DNA of 31,159 bases, taken from positions 1 to 31,159 of the forward strand of contig CAZSYL010000005.1 of assembly GCA_964610745.1 (NCBI GenBank), in the 5' to 3' direction. Origin of the DNA: an uncultured Acidimicrobiales bacterium (lineage in GTDB: Bacteria > Actinomycetota > Acidimicrobiia > Acidimicrobiales > SHLQ01). Under the pieces are notes generated by a model. The model worked only from the letters and a program-made list of their open reading frames with translations, did no database searches and was not told where the DNA came from. Both the position numbers and the translations under genes were made by a program. Shown piece by piece: positions 6,897 through 16,779 of this stretch (position 1 is its first letter; the number at the start of each line of letters is the position of its first letter).

Positions 6897-8435
6897 ATGA
6901 GTGCCGCAATCGAACTGACCGGTATCACAAAACGCTTCCCAGGCGTCATTGCGAATGACAACGTGAACCTCACCGTCGAGAAGGGTGAGATTCACGCCAT
7001 CTGCGGCGAAAACGGCGCGGGCAAATCAACCCTCATGAAGATTCTGTACGGTCTTCAACCACCAGATGAGGGCACGATGAGAGTGGATGGCGAAGCCGTG
7101 AGCTTCGCGACCCCCAACGACGCGATCGATCGCGGCATTGGCATGGTCCACCAGCACTTCATGCTCGCCGATCAGCTGACGGTGCTGGAGAACATCATTC
7201 TTGGAGCAGAACCCGCTGGCCGTAGCGGCCTGATCCGGTTCAACGAAGCCGAAGCGCACCTTGCCCAGGTGGCCAGCGACTACGGACTGACGATCGACCC
7301 AAACGACCTCGTCGAAACGCTCGAGGTGGGTGAACGTCAGCGGGTCGAGATCATCAAGGTGCTGTACCGGGGCGCGAACATCCTCATCCTCGATGAGCCA
7401 ACTGCGGTGCTCGTACCCCAGGAGGTTGAAGCACTGTTTGAGAACATGCGAGATCTCAAGGACGCGGGCGCCACGATCCTCTTTATCGATCACAAGCTCG
7501 AAGAGGTTCTGGAGATCTCCGACAGCATCACCGTGCTGCGCCACGGCAAAACGGTTGCGAGCCTTCCCAACGAAGGTGTCACCGCCCACGACCTGGCCGA
7601 ACTTATGGTAGGCAGCGAGCTGCCAACACCCGAGACCGCCGAATCGACGGTCACCGATGACGTGGCTCTGCAGATTCAGAACCTCGCCGTGCTTGGTGGC
7701 GATGACCGCCCAGCGATCGAAGGGATCGACCTCAAGATCCACAAAGGCGAGATTCTTGGCATCGCCGGAGTCGAGGGCAACGGACAGGGTGAACTTGTCG
7801 ACGCCATCATCGGCACAGCAGACGCCGCTGCCGGCTCGATCAAGCTACTCGGAACCGACATCACGAGTATGTCCGTACGCAAACGCCGTGAGGCCGGCAT
7901 CGGCTATGTTCCAGAAGACCGTCATCAGGAAGGCCTGATGCTCGACGCTCCATTGTGGGAGAACGCCGCACTCGGTCACCAAACCCAAGCCCCGTACGGC
8001 TCGCGGTGGTTCATGAACCGCAATGGGGCACGCGCTCAGACCGAAGTGATCAAAGAAGAGTTCGATGTGCGCACGCCGAACATCGATGTCTCAGCTCACG
8101 CGCTCTCGGGCGGCAATCAACAAAAGCTGATCATCGGACGCGAACTGACAGCGAACCCCTCTCTGCTCATCGCTGCCCACCCGACCCGTGGCATCGATGT
8201 TGGAGCCCAGGCCGCTGTCTGGGAACAGATCCGCGACGCTCGAGCTGGTGGGCTCGCGACGCTGCTTATCTCCGCGGACCTCGATGAGCTCATTGGATTG
8301 TCAGACTCGATCGTCGTGATGTTCCGCGGTCGTCTCGTCGCACGTGTGGCTCCAGAAGAGGTCACTCCCCGCGACCTTGGTGCTTACATGACGGGCGCCG
8401 CCGTCCAGGACACCGGAAATGAGGTCACGAACTAA
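6897..8435 (+). CDS. ABC transporter ATP-binding protein with two fused ATPase domains (nucleoside/sugar type)
   Basis: Two Walker A motifs (GENGAGKST; GVEGNGQGE), two signature motifs (LEVGERQRVEI; LSGGNQQKL) and Walker B (LILDEPT); 512 aa; its stop overlaps the next ATG. Confidence 0.9.
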   Translation: MSAAIELTGITKRFPGVIANDNVNLTVEKGEIHAICGENGAGKSTLMKILYGLQPPDEGTMRVDGEAVSFATPNDAIDRGIGMVHQHFMLADQLTVLENIILGAEPAGRSGLIRFNEAEAHLAQVASDYGLTIDPNDLVETLEVGERQRVEIIKVLYRGANILILDEPTAVLVPQEVEALFENMRDLKDAGATILFIDHKLEEVLEISDSITVLRHGKTVASLPNEGVTAHDLAELMVGSELPTPETAESTVTDDVALQIQNLAVLGGDDRPAIEGIDLKIHKGEILGIAGVEGNGQGELVDAIIGTADAAAGSIKLLGTDITSMSVRKRREAGIGYVPEDRHQEGLMLDAPLWENAALGHQTQAPYGSRWFMNRNGARAQTEVIKEEFDVRTPNIDVSAHALSGGNQQKLIIGRELTANPSLLIAAHPTRGIDVGAQAAVWEQIRDARAGGLATLLISADLDELIGLSDSIVVMFRGRLVARVAPEEVTPRDLGAYMTGAAVQDTGNEVTN

Positions 8436-9565
8436 TGGCACGCAAGATGCTCTTTTCGGTTGCACCAGCGCTTGGTGCCTTTGTGCTGACGCTTGTGATC
8501 TCGTCGTTGGCACTGATCGCATTCGGCTCAAACCCGATCGATGCGTTCTCCGACATGTTGGGACATGCCTCGCGCCTCGAAACCCAGGTCGACATACTGA
8601 ATCGTGCGACACCGCTCTACCTGTCCGCAGTTGCGGCAGCTATCGGCTTTCGAATGAACCTTTTCAACATCGGCGTCGAAGGCCAGTACCTATTCGCCTT
8701 TATTGTCGCCGCCCAGGTTGGTGCGGTCCTGTCTCTTCCGGCAATCCTGCACATTCCCGTGATTCTGATCACCGCCATGATCACCGGTGGACTGTTCGCT
8801 GGGATCGCCGGCGTCTTGAAGGTGACCCGAGGCGTGAACGAGGTGATCTCCACGATCATGCTCAACTCGATTGGTGTCGCCGGACTGATCGCAGCGCTAC
8901 AGGCTCGCTGGCAACCCGAGCAGGAGCAGTTCACGTCGACGACCCTCGGCACGGCCCCGGTCGATGAAAGCGGCCTGATCCCCAACATCAACGGAGTCCT
9001 CGAGATCTTCACCAGAGAAATCGGCCAGGGTGGTGAGTTGACGGGCATGCTCCTCGTCGCGATCGCTGTCGGGATTGGCTACCACCTACTTCTCACCCGC
9101 CTGCGATTCGGTTTCGATCTTCGTGCGAGTGGAATTAACCCCTTCGCAGCGCGCGCTGGTGGAGTGGCGCCAAAGCAAATGATCGTCGCCGCGATGTTCC
9201 TATCGGGAGCCGTTGCCGGCCTGATTGGCATGGTCGAACTCGCCGAGGTCGGCCGCTTCCCGGCGGACCCAATCCAAGGCCTCGGCTTCGCAGGAATCGC
9301 GGTGGCGCTCCTTGGCCGAAACAACCCAGGGGCCATGGCATTCTCGGCACTGCTCTTCGCGTTCCTCGATGTGTCCGCTGGCATCTTGCAGAGCACGCAG
9401 ACGGCAACCAAAGAGATCGTCAACATCATGCAGGGCATCGTCCTGCTCGCTGCAGTGATCGCGTACGGCGTAACCAAGCGCATCCAGACGCGCGAGGAGG
9501 CCCGGGCCACTGCCGAGGCGCTGCTTCATGAGGATGAGGACACACCGTCGGGAGCAGAGGTATGA
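8435..9565 (+). CDS. ABC transporter permease (BMP-type, first of two)
   Basis: Multi-span hydrophobic protein; the ATG overlaps the ATPase stop (taATGg) and its stop overlaps the next ATG (ATGA). Confidence 0.85.
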   Translation: MARKMLFSVAPALGAFVLTLVISSLALIAFGSNPIDAFSDMLGHASRLETQVDILNRATPLYLSAVAAAIGFRMNLFNIGVEGQYLFAFIVAAQVGAVLSLPAILHIPVILITAMITGGLFAGIAGVLKVTRGVNEVISTIMLNSIGVAGLIAALQARWQPEQEQFTSTTLGTAPVDESGLIPNINGVLEIFTREIGQGGELTGMLLVAIAVGIGYHLLLTRLRFGFDLRASGINPFAARAGGVAPKQMIVAAMFLSGAVAGLIGMVELAEVGRFPADPIQGLGFAGIAVALLGRNNPGAMAFSALLFAFLDVSAGILQSTQTATKEIVNIMQGIVLLAAVIAYGVTKRIQTREEARATAEALLHEDEDTPSGAEV

Positions 9566-10800
9566 AAACCCTCCGCGAGCTTCCCGCTTGGATTCGCTGG
9601 CCGCTCTATGCGTTCGCAGGGATCTTCCTACTCACGCTCGTCCAGTCAATCTCCGATACCGAACGGCTCACGGAGGTCGCCACAGCGAGGCAGATGCTTC
9701 GCTTCGCCGTACCGATCTTCCTCGCAGGGCTTGGAGGACTCTTCAGCGAACGCTCGGGTGTCATCAACATTGGACTTGAAGGCATGTTGATTCTCGGCAT
9801 GTGGTTCGGTGCGTGGGGGTCTATCGAATTCGGGCCCTGGTGGGGCTTGCTCATCGGCATGATCGGCGGGGCCATCGGCGGGCTGCTTCACGCAGTTGCC
9901 ACCGTTGGTTTCGGCGTCGATCACATCATCTCTGGAGTCGCCATCAACATTCTCGCTCCGGCGTTTACAAGATTTCTTTCCGACGAGGTGTGGGCCTCCC
10001 CAACGACCTCGCCGCAGACCCAAAGCGTTGGCACCTGGGACGTCCCGTTCCTCGCTGGTGGAACGATCTTCGGGTGGGAATCGCCCGACTGGCTCTTGAG
10101 CATTAGCCAGACGGAAATATGGTTCCTTCACGACACCGCCCAACTGGCGCGCGGGCTTCTGCGCGGTACGCACTGGGTGTCCTACTTGGTGATCGTGCTC
10201 GTGCCATTCACAACGTGGCTGATCTGGCGCACGCGGTTCGGTCTTCGGCTCCGTATCGCTGGTGAGAATCCGCAAGCGGGAGCCGCTCAGGGCGTGAACA
10301 TCATCCGATACAAGTACGTCGGCGTGATTATTTCCGGTGCCCTCGCTGGACTCGGCGGAGCGTTCATCTCCACCGAGTTGTCGGGCTTGTTCCAAGGCGG
10401 AAACAGCGCTGGCCGAGGCTTCATTGGGCTCGCGGCGCTGATCTTCGGCAATTGGCGCCCCGGAGGAGTGCTCATTGGAGCACTCCTATTCGGGTACGTG
10501 TTCGGCCTCGATCTGCGGGATCTCGACGGCACTGCTTCGCACGCCATGTTGCTCGTGAACACCATTGCGCTTGCTGGTGTTGCGGCATGGGCGGTGAAGG
10601 GCCAGCGAACCACCGATGCGATCATGGCCGTCATTCTCGGCGGATTGTCCTTTGTTTGGTGGTTATCTGCCGACACCGTGCCGAGTTGGTGGAGCGATGT
10701 CTTACCCTTCGTACTCGTGCTGTTGGTTTTGGTCTTCTTCGCTCAACGACTTCGGGCGCCAGAGAAACTCGGGGCACCGTACTTTAGGGGATCGAGTTAG
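9562..10800 (+). CDS. ABC transporter permease (BMP-type, second of two)
   Basis: Multi-span hydrophobic protein, translationally coupled to the upstream permease; stop TAG 10798..10800 is immediately followed by the ATG of the next gene. Confidence 0.85.
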   Translation: MKTLRELPAWIRWPLYAFAGIFLLTLVQSISDTERLTEVATARQMLRFAVPIFLAGLGGLFSERSGVINIGLEGMLILGMWFGAWGSIEFGPWWGLLIGMIGGAIGGLLHAVATVGFGVDHIISGVAINILAPAFTRFLSDEVWASPTTSPQTQSVGTWDVPFLAGGTIFGWESPDWLLSISQTEIWFLHDTAQLARGLLRGTHWVSYLVIVLVPFTTWLIWRTRFGLRLRIAGENPQAGAAQGVNIIRYKYVGVIISGALAGLGGAFISTELSGLFQGGNSAGRGFIGLAALIFGNWRPGGVLIGALLFGYVFGLDLRDLDGTASHAMLLVNTIALAGVAAWAVKGQRTTDAIMAVILGGLSFVWWLSADTVPSWWSDVLPFVLVLLVLVFFAQRLRAPEKLGAPYFRGSS

Positions 10801-11628
10801 ATGTACGATCCGAGCGACTTCGCCGAGAACGGTGTCGCTATCTTCGCCGATGCTGTCTCACCTGCACAGCTCAACAGCTTCCGAGATGCGGTCGATAGGT
10901 TGGTCGACGACTTCGACCCAGATGGTGTCCGCACCGTGTTCTCGACCGATGATCAAAGCCACGCTCGCAGTGACTACTTCCTGACATCTGGGGGAAGAAT
11001 CCGATACTTCCTCGAGGACGGCGCTATCGACGCCAATGGCGAACTGTCCCGCGGAAAACGTCAGGCTCTCAACAAGATCGGTCATGCGATGCATGACATC
11101 GATCCCGATATCTCGGCGTTCTCTCGATCGCACGGATTCGCGAACGCCGCCAGCGCGGTCGGAATGACCAACCCCCTGCTGCTGCAATCGATGATCATCT
11201 TCAAGAACCCCGAGGTTGGAGGCGAGGTCAACATTCACACCGACCACACATTCCTGTGGACCGCACCTCAAAGTGTGATCGGGTTTTGGGTGGCTGCTGA
11301 TGACGCCGACCAAGAGAACGGTTGCCTTTGGGCGTTGCCGGGCGGCCACACCATCCCGGTCAAGGAACGCTTCCAACGGACCGCTGACGGCACAGCGACC
11401 GAGATGATCGTGCTCGACGAAGAACCGTATCCAAGCTCTGGTTGGGTACCCCTTGAGGTTGAGGCCGGAACGGTTATTGCGCTGCACGGCACGCTCCCTC
11501 ACCGAAGTGCGCCAAACCTCTCCCACAAACCTCGACTTGCATTCACACTGCACTGCATCGAGGCCGATGCCCAGTACCCGGAGAACAACTGGTTGCAGCG
11601 ACCCGATCTCCCCCTCAGGGGCTTCTAG
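10801..11628 (+). CDS. Phytanoyl-CoA dioxygenase (PhyH) family Fe(II)/2-oxoglutarate-dependent oxygenase
   Basis: PhyH-like layout with the HTDHTF (HxD) iron-binding motif and distal His in ALHGTLPHRS; the start abuts the permease stop (tagATG). Confidence 0.75.
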   Translation: MYDPSDFAENGVAIFADAVSPAQLNSFRDAVDRLVDDFDPDGVRTVFSTDDQSHARSDYFLTSGGRIRYFLEDGAIDANGELSRGKRQALNKIGHAMHDIDPDISAFSRSHGFANAASAVGMTNPLLLQSMIIFKNPEVGGEVNIHTDHTFLWTAPQSVIGFWVAADDADQENGCLWALPGGHTIPVKERFQRTADGTATEMIVLDEEPYPSSGWVPLEVEAGTVIALHGTLPHRSAPNLSHKPRLAFTLHCIEADAQYPENNWLQRPDLPLRGF

Positions 11629-11647
11629 GCAGCGTTACGCTGTCGAC

Positions 11648-13723
11648 GTGACGAACTCCGAAGAACACGCCGACCCTACAACGAACGACCCGTACCTCTG
11701 GCTTGAAGACGTCGAGGGCGACCAAGCGTTGGAGTGGGTGCGCTCCCAGAACGAGCGGACGCTCGCCGAGCTACAGAGCAACCCCCGCTATGACGGCTTC
11801 GAGGCCTCAGCACTCGATGTCCTGACCGCCGACGATCGGATTCCTTACGGATCCATTCGGGATGGCTATCTCTACAATTTCTGGCAGGACGACGAGAACG
11901 TCCGCGGACTGTGGCGCAGAACTCCGCTGGACAGCTATCGAAGTGATGACCCTCAATGGGAAATCCTTCTCGACGTCGACGCGCTCTCAGAACAAGAGGA
12001 TGCCAACCATGTCTTCAAAGGAGCGAATGTTTTTCGCCGCCACGGTGGGGACTCATACCGATGCCTCATCTCATTGTCGGACGGTGGCAAGGACGCGGTG
12101 GTTCAACGCGAGTTTGATATCGCCACCAAATCCTTCGTCACCGATGGCTTCATCACTCCCGAAGCTAAACAGGGTGCGGAGTGGAGCGATGATGACACCG
12201 TTCTCATCGCGACCGATTGGACCGATGACGACACCTCGACACTCACCGAGTCCGGGTATCCATTCGTAGTGAAACGTTGGAAGCGCGGAACCCCACTGAA
12301 CGAGGCTGTCGAGGTTCTTCGGGGGACGCCGAGCGACGTTGGCGTGTTTCCGTTCACGATGGAAACCGAGGACGGGTCTCTACTCGTCGGCGCGGCACAA
12401 GCCGACACCTTCTTCACCTCCACCTACTGGTTGTTCACCGACTCGGGGTCCATTCAGCTGCCGTTGCCACCAAAGTCCACACCGAACGGTCTCACTCACG
12501 GCCATCTTCTGTTCTCGCTAGAGCAGGACTGGCAGCCCCACGACACGTCGTTTCAAACCGGTGACCTTGTCGCATTCGACCTCGACGACTTCCTCGACAA
12601 CGGCCAGCTCGGACCGGTCGAACTGGTCTTCCGGCCCACCAAGACCCAAGCCGTAAGTGGTGTCGCTGTCGCTGCCGGAGGAACATTTCTCGCCATCACG
12701 GAGAACGTGGTGGGCAGAATCCTCCGGCTCGGGCTGCCAGACCAAGGCTGGGCAACCACCCCGATCGACTTGCCCGGTTCAGGTGATGTGGCCATTACCT
12801 TCTCCGATCGCGACGAGGACCTCGTATTGGTCAACTACGAGGACTTCCTCACGCCGAGTTCGCTTCTCGCGCTCGACAGCACGACCGGCGAGATCGAGAC
12901 CCTCAAGACAGTTCCTCCACGCTTTGATGCGAGCGGCCTCATTGTCGAACAGCTCATGGCAACATCACCTGACGGCACGGCGATCCCGCACTTCATCGTC
13001 CGCTCGGAGGACGCGGCCTTTGACAGCACCACGCCAACGCTGCTCTACGGCTACGGCGGCTTTCAGGTCTCGCTCAACCCGTCCTATAGCGGCACGATCG
13101 GCAGGAACTGGCTCGAACAGGGTGGAGCATTCGTGTTGGCCAATATTCGAGGTGGCGGAGAGTTTGGCCCGACCTGGCATCAGGCCGGGCTGAAGACAAA
13201 CCGCCAACGTATCTACGACGACTTCATTGCGGTCGCGGAATCGGTCATCGCAACGGGTCTGACTTCACCGGAGCACCTGGGCATCATGGGCGGCTCGAAC
13301 GGCGGGCTCTTGATGGGCGTGATGTTGAACCAACGACCGGACCTGTGGAACGCGGTCGTTGTTCAGGTGCCCCTCCTCGACATGCTCCGATATCACCTGC
13401 TGCTCGCCGGCGCGTCCTGGGTGGACGAATACGGCTCCCCAGACGACCCGGACGAGCGCGAGTTCCTCGAGACGATCTCGCCCTATCAGAACTTCGACGC
13501 CAAACTTCCGTATCCCACCCCGCTCTTCGTCACCTCGACGAAGGACGATCGCGTTCACCCAGGACATGCACGGAAACTCGCAAAAAAGTTCGAGGACGCT
13601 GGCCTTGCGTTCTGGTACTACGAGAACATCGACGGTGGACACTCCGCAGCTGCGAACCAAACCGAGGCAGCCAAGCGGACCGCTCTGGAATTCACCTACC
13701 TGATGGCACAGCTTTCAAGCTGA
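11648..13723 (+). CDS. Prolyl oligopeptidase (S9A family serine peptidase)
   Basis: N-terminal DPYLWLEDVEGDQALEWVRSQN, beta-propeller region, catalytic GGSNGGLLMG nucleophile motif, and C-terminal DDRVHPGHARK with the catalytic His. Likely GTG start at 11648, 20 nt after the PhyH stop, about 691 aa; the upstream part of ORF 11453..13723 overlaps PhyH and is rejected. Confidence 0.8.
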   Translation: MTNSEEHADPTTNDPYLWLEDVEGDQALEWVRSQNERTLAELQSNPRYDGFEASALDVLTADDRIPYGSIRDGYLYNFWQDDENVRGLWRRTPLDSYRSDDPQWEILLDVDALSEQEDANHVFKGANVFRRHGGDSYRCLISLSDGGKDAVVQREFDIATKSFVTDGFITPEAKQGAEWSDDDTVLIATDWTDDDTSTLTESGYPFVVKRWKRGTPLNEAVEVLRGTPSDVGVFPFTMETEDGSLLVGAAQADTFFTSTYWLFTDSGSIQLPLPPKSTPNGLTHGHLLFSLEQDWQPHDTSFQTGDLVAFDLDDFLDNGQLGPVELVFRPTKTQAVSGVAVAAGGTFLAITENVVGRILRLGLPDQGWATTPIDLPGSGDVAITFSDRDEDLVLVNYEDFLTPSSLLALDSTTGEIETLKTVPPRFDASGLIVEQLMATSPDGTAIPHFIVRSEDAAFDSTTPTLLYGYGGFQVSLNPSYSGTIGRNWLEQGGAFVLANIRGGGEFGPTWHQAGLKTNRQRIYDDFIAVAESVIATGLTSPEHLGIMGGSNGGLLMGVMLNQRPDLWNAVVVQVPLLDMLRYHLLLAGASWVDEYGSPDDPDEREFLETISPYQNFDAKLPYPTPLFVTSTKDDRVHPGHARKLAKKFEDAGLAFWYYENIDGGHSAAANQTEAAKRTALEFTYLMAQLSS

Positions 13724-13848
13724 GGCAGATTTGTGACCGATTAGACCCCCTATACGGTCGGAAAGTCATCACAAAACCCGTGGCGACGCGTCAGCGGATG
13801 GTTTGGGATCCTCGGGGTTTACCTGAGGCCAGTATGTGGTGGGGCGGT

Positions 13849-14712
13849 CTATTGGTTGAATAGGGTCGCCTCGGTGACGAGTGGGGCGTCGGGTTGCGCG
13901 GCAAGTTCGGGGACGTACGCACGTACCTCGTCGTAGAACTGGCGGGACAGATCGATGGCCGCTGCATTGTCGGGTGTGTGAATGAACACGATCGGTGACC
14001 GGTCATCGCGTAGCCATCGGACAACCGTCTGCACCCACGGCTCCCAAAAGGTGGGATTGGCGTCAGGATTGGTCTGGCCAATGAACCGCACGATTGGTGT
14101 GGTACTCGTTGCAACAGCCCTGACCGGTAGCCGGGGCTTGTTCTCGAAGGCCTCGTGCTCGGCGGGAGTGATGCGCGGGCCAGCAAACACCGCTCGGGAA
14201 TCAAAGATGATGCGATCCGCACCAAAGGTAGCCAGCAGGTCGTTCAAGGACCGCTCCTGGGCGCCGCCGTCGAAGAAGTCTGGGTGGCGAACTTCCACTC
14301 CGTAACGAACCATCGTTGGAGCCGCTCTCATGAAACTCTCGAGCACGTTGAGCGAGTCGGGCCCAAAGGACGCGGGCAGTTGAATCGCCACGGGATCCAT
14401 CTTGGGAAGGCACGGGTCGAGTGTGCGAAAGAACGTTCCCACCTCGTCAGCGCAGTTTCGGAGCTTGCGGTCATGGGTGATTGTCTTTGGCAGCTTGAAC
14501 ATGAACCGAAAATGCTCGGGGGTTGCCTCGGCCCAGCGCTGAGCGACGGCCTTGGTCGGCAGTGCATAGAACGTCGTATTTCCTTCGACCGCTGACAGAA
14601 GAGCCGAATAGGCGGCGAGCTCGGCCCCAGAGGCCGTGGTGCGTGGAATCGAACGCCCCGGCCACGCCGGATTGGTCCACATTGCACAGCCAACACGCAA
14701 CACCCCTACCAT
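13849..14712 (-). CDS. DUF72 (YecE/UPF0759) family protein
   Basis: MVGVLRVGCAMWTNPAWPG...GNTTFYALP...RWAEATPEHFRFMFKLPKTITH are typical DUF72 motifs. ATG at 14712 is preferred, 287 aa; the longer six-frame ORF to 14907 has a low-complexity N-terminal extension. Confidence 0.7.
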   Translation of the reverse strand: MVGVLRVGCAMWTNPAWPGRSIPRTTASGAELAAYSALLSAVEGNTTFYALPTKAVAQRWAEATPEHFRFMFKLPKTITHDRKLRNCADEVGTFFRTLDPCLPKMDPVAIQLPASFGPDSLNVLESFMRAAPTMVRYGVEVRHPDFFDGGAQERSLNDLLATFGADRIIFDSRAVFAGPRITPAEHEAFENKPRLPVRAVATSTTPIVRFIGQTNPDANPTFWEPWVQTVVRWLRDDRSPIVFIHTPDNAAAIDLSRQFYDEVRAYVPELAAQPDAPLVTEATLFNQ

Positions 14713-14779
14713 CAGGCCAAATCTATCAATCTGGCCAATGGGTCGAAGTTTCGGGCTCGATCGCTGGCAAGCTAGAACC

Positions 14780-16003
14780 ATGTCATCGTCATCTGCTGAC
14801 CTGGTCGTCATAGGCGCTGGTCCCGCCGGCGCCGCCGTCGCGATTCGTGCAGCCCGTGGTGGGGCCAAGGTCGTTGTATTCGATAAGGCCCCGTACGGGC
14901 GCGACAAAGTTTGCGGCGACGGTCTGACGCCGCGTGCGATCGCTGCGCTGAACGAACTCGAGATCGACTTTAGCGACGCTCACCACATCGTTGGCCTGCG
15001 AATGATCGCGAACTCGACGGTCCGCGAGCTCGATTGGCCATCTGGAGGACGTTTCCCAAATCACGGTGCCGTCTGGCCTCGGCAGCGCCTCGATGCTTCC
15101 TTGATCGACGCCGCGACCGCTGCAGGAGCGGAGGTCATTTGGGAGACCGAAGCACTCCCAATAATCGAAGGCGAACGAGTCGTCGGCGTCACCGCGGGCA
15201 ACACGACCTGGAAAGCACCCATGACCGTGATCGCGGCGGGCGCACCGGGCAAGGTCGCGAAGATGCTCGGCACCGACCGGGTGGCCGACGAGCCGTTCGG
15301 ACTCGCGATTCGGGCCTACGTTCCATCGCCCCGCCACGATGACCAACATCTCGAAGCCTGTCTGACGCTCAAGGACGAGCACGGGACCCCTGTCCCCGGC
15401 TACGGCTGGATGTTTCCCGCAGGTGATGGCACGGTCAACATCGGTGCGGGGGCACTCAGCACCATGAAAGGCTTTAAGAAGCTCAACCTCAACACCCTGC
15501 TCGACTCATACCGCGAGATGGTGCTCGAGCCATGGGGACTTGGCGACTACGTCGAACGTCCCCGAGCCTGGCGCCTGCCAATGAGCGCCCAACGCCGACA
15601 TGGCACAGGCTGGGTCGCCATTGGCGATGCCGCTGGTCTAATCAATCCAATGAACGGTGAGGGCATCGACTATGGCCTCGAGAGCGGCATCCTCGCCGCC
15701 GACCTCTTCCTCGACAACCCCGTCACCGCGCCCGCTCGCTATGACCTCGAGGTTGCCGAGTTGTTCGATGGCTTCCTCAGCACTGGTCGCCGCTTCAGCT
15801 TCCTGATCGGTCATCCGTGGATTCTGAACAACGGGCTCAAGATGGCTGTCGGGACCGATGCGATCGCGAAGATCACGCTTCAGGTGATGGGCAATCTCGT
15901 AGATGGCCAAACCCCCGGTGCCGCCGGACGCATATTCCGTCTCACCGACAAGACGCTCAAAACCGCCGATCCTGTGCTTCGGCGCACCCGTGCCGCAGCC
16001 TAG
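14780..16003 (+). CDS. Geranylgeranyl reductase-family FAD-dependent oxidoreductase
   Basis: MSSSSADLVVIGAGPAGAAVAIRAARGGAKVVVFDK (Rossmann GxGxxG) ... CGDGLTPRA ... GDAAGLINPMNGEGI; 407 aa from ATG 14780. Confidence 0.75.
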   Translation: MSSSSADLVVIGAGPAGAAVAIRAARGGAKVVVFDKAPYGRDKVCGDGLTPRAIAALNELEIDFSDAHHIVGLRMIANSTVRELDWPSGGRFPNHGAVWPRQRLDASLIDAATAAGAEVIWETEALPIIEGERVVGVTAGNTTWKAPMTVIAAGAPGKVAKMLGTDRVADEPFGLAIRAYVPSPRHDDQHLEACLTLKDEHGTPVPGYGWMFPAGDGTVNIGAGALSTMKGFKKLNLNTLLDSYREMVLEPWGLGDYVERPRAWRLPMSAQRRHGTGWVAIGDAAGLINPMNGEGIDYGLESGILAADLFLDNPVTAPARYDLEVAELFDGFLSTGRRFSFLIGHPWILNNGLKMAVGTDAIAKITLQVMGNLVDGQTPGAAGRIFRLTDKTLKTADPVLRRTRAAA

Positions 16004-16015
16004 AAAGTTCAGCCG

Positions 16016-16740
16016 GTGACCGTCCGTGTCCGATCGGACGCCCCGATTCAGCTCGTCGTGTTCGATCTGATGGGCACGCTCATCTGCGATGACGGCGTGG
16101 TCAATCGCGCCTACGAGGCAGCGCTTCGTCAGGCGGGGATCCATCGGACGATCCGCTGTTCGAGCCTTCACGAAATCGAATCGACGAACTGCGCGGCAGG
16201 CCAACTCTCGTCGTCCTCATCGAAGTTCTCGGCGACCCCGTGGTAGCCGAAGAAGCAACATGGGCGTTCGATGACCACATTCTCAAAGCGATCGACACCA
16301 TGGAGCCGATCCCCGGCGTCGAAAACGTGTTTGAGTACCTGTCGACCGCCGGGATCCTCACCGCGGTGACGACCAGTTTTACCCCGGAAGTGCGCAAAGC
16401 CGTGCTCACTCGCTTCGGCTGGGCCGGAACGTTCGCCGTGGCGCTCTCGGCCCGCGGTAGACGACGAGGCCACCCAGCTCCGGACCTACTGCTCGAAGCA
16501 ATCCTCGAACTCGGCGTCGACAGCGTTTCCCAGGTGGCGATCGTCGGCGACAGCGCAACGGACCTCGAAGCGGGCAATCGAGCAGGTGCCGGATTGGTCG
16601 TCGGCGTTCGGACAGGCGGAGCGCCGGGCGGCAGGCTTGAAGCTGCGCCACACACCCACCTGGTCGATTCCGTGGCTGATCTTCCAACGGTTCTCGAAGC
16701 GCCGCGCACCCGCGGTGCTCGACGCACCTCGGACCACTAG
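16016..16740 (+). pseudogene. HAD-superfamily hydrolase interrupted by a single-nucleotide frameshift near 16133..16140 (G-run)
   Basis: Frame A (16016..16246) encodes HAD motif I, LVVFDLMGTLICDDG...AYEAALRQAG. Frame B continues coherently (DPSDDPLFEPSRNRIDELRGRPTLVVLIEVLGDPVVAEEATW...) through to the HAD C-terminus (VAIVGDSATDLEAGNRAGAG, 16240..16740). Inserting one G in gcggggat restores a single 240-aa reading frame. Confidence 0.65.
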
Positions 16741-16779
16741 AGCAGCGCTACTGCGCTCATCCGACGCTTTCGGGCATAC

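Noticed and set aside
7026-7742. 238-aa antisense ORF inside the ABC ATPase gene
   Set aside because: Shadow ORF opposite a gene with unambiguous Walker and signature motifs.
9646-10395. 249-aa antisense ORF inside the second permease gene
   Set aside because: Shadow ORF; Arg/Pro/Glu-rich low-complexity.
10858-11553. 231-aa antisense ORF inside the PhyH gene
   Set aside because: Shadow ORF opposite a gene with clear Fe/2OG oxygenase motifs.
11453-11647. Upstream extension of the prolyl oligopeptidase ORF
   Set aside because: It overlaps the 3' end of the PhyH gene in another frame. The POP homology begins at the DPYLWLED motif, and GTG 11648 gives a canonical length.
16133-16140. Programmed ribosomal frameshift in the HAD gene
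   Set aside because: There is no slippery X_XXY_YYZ heptamer or downstream pseudoknot. A homopolymer G-run indel (sequencing error or pseudogene) explains it better.
16101-16727. 208-aa antisense ORF across the HAD hydrolase locus
   Set aside because: Low-complexity Arg/Ser/Pro-rich; the sense strand carries recognisable HAD motifs in two frames.
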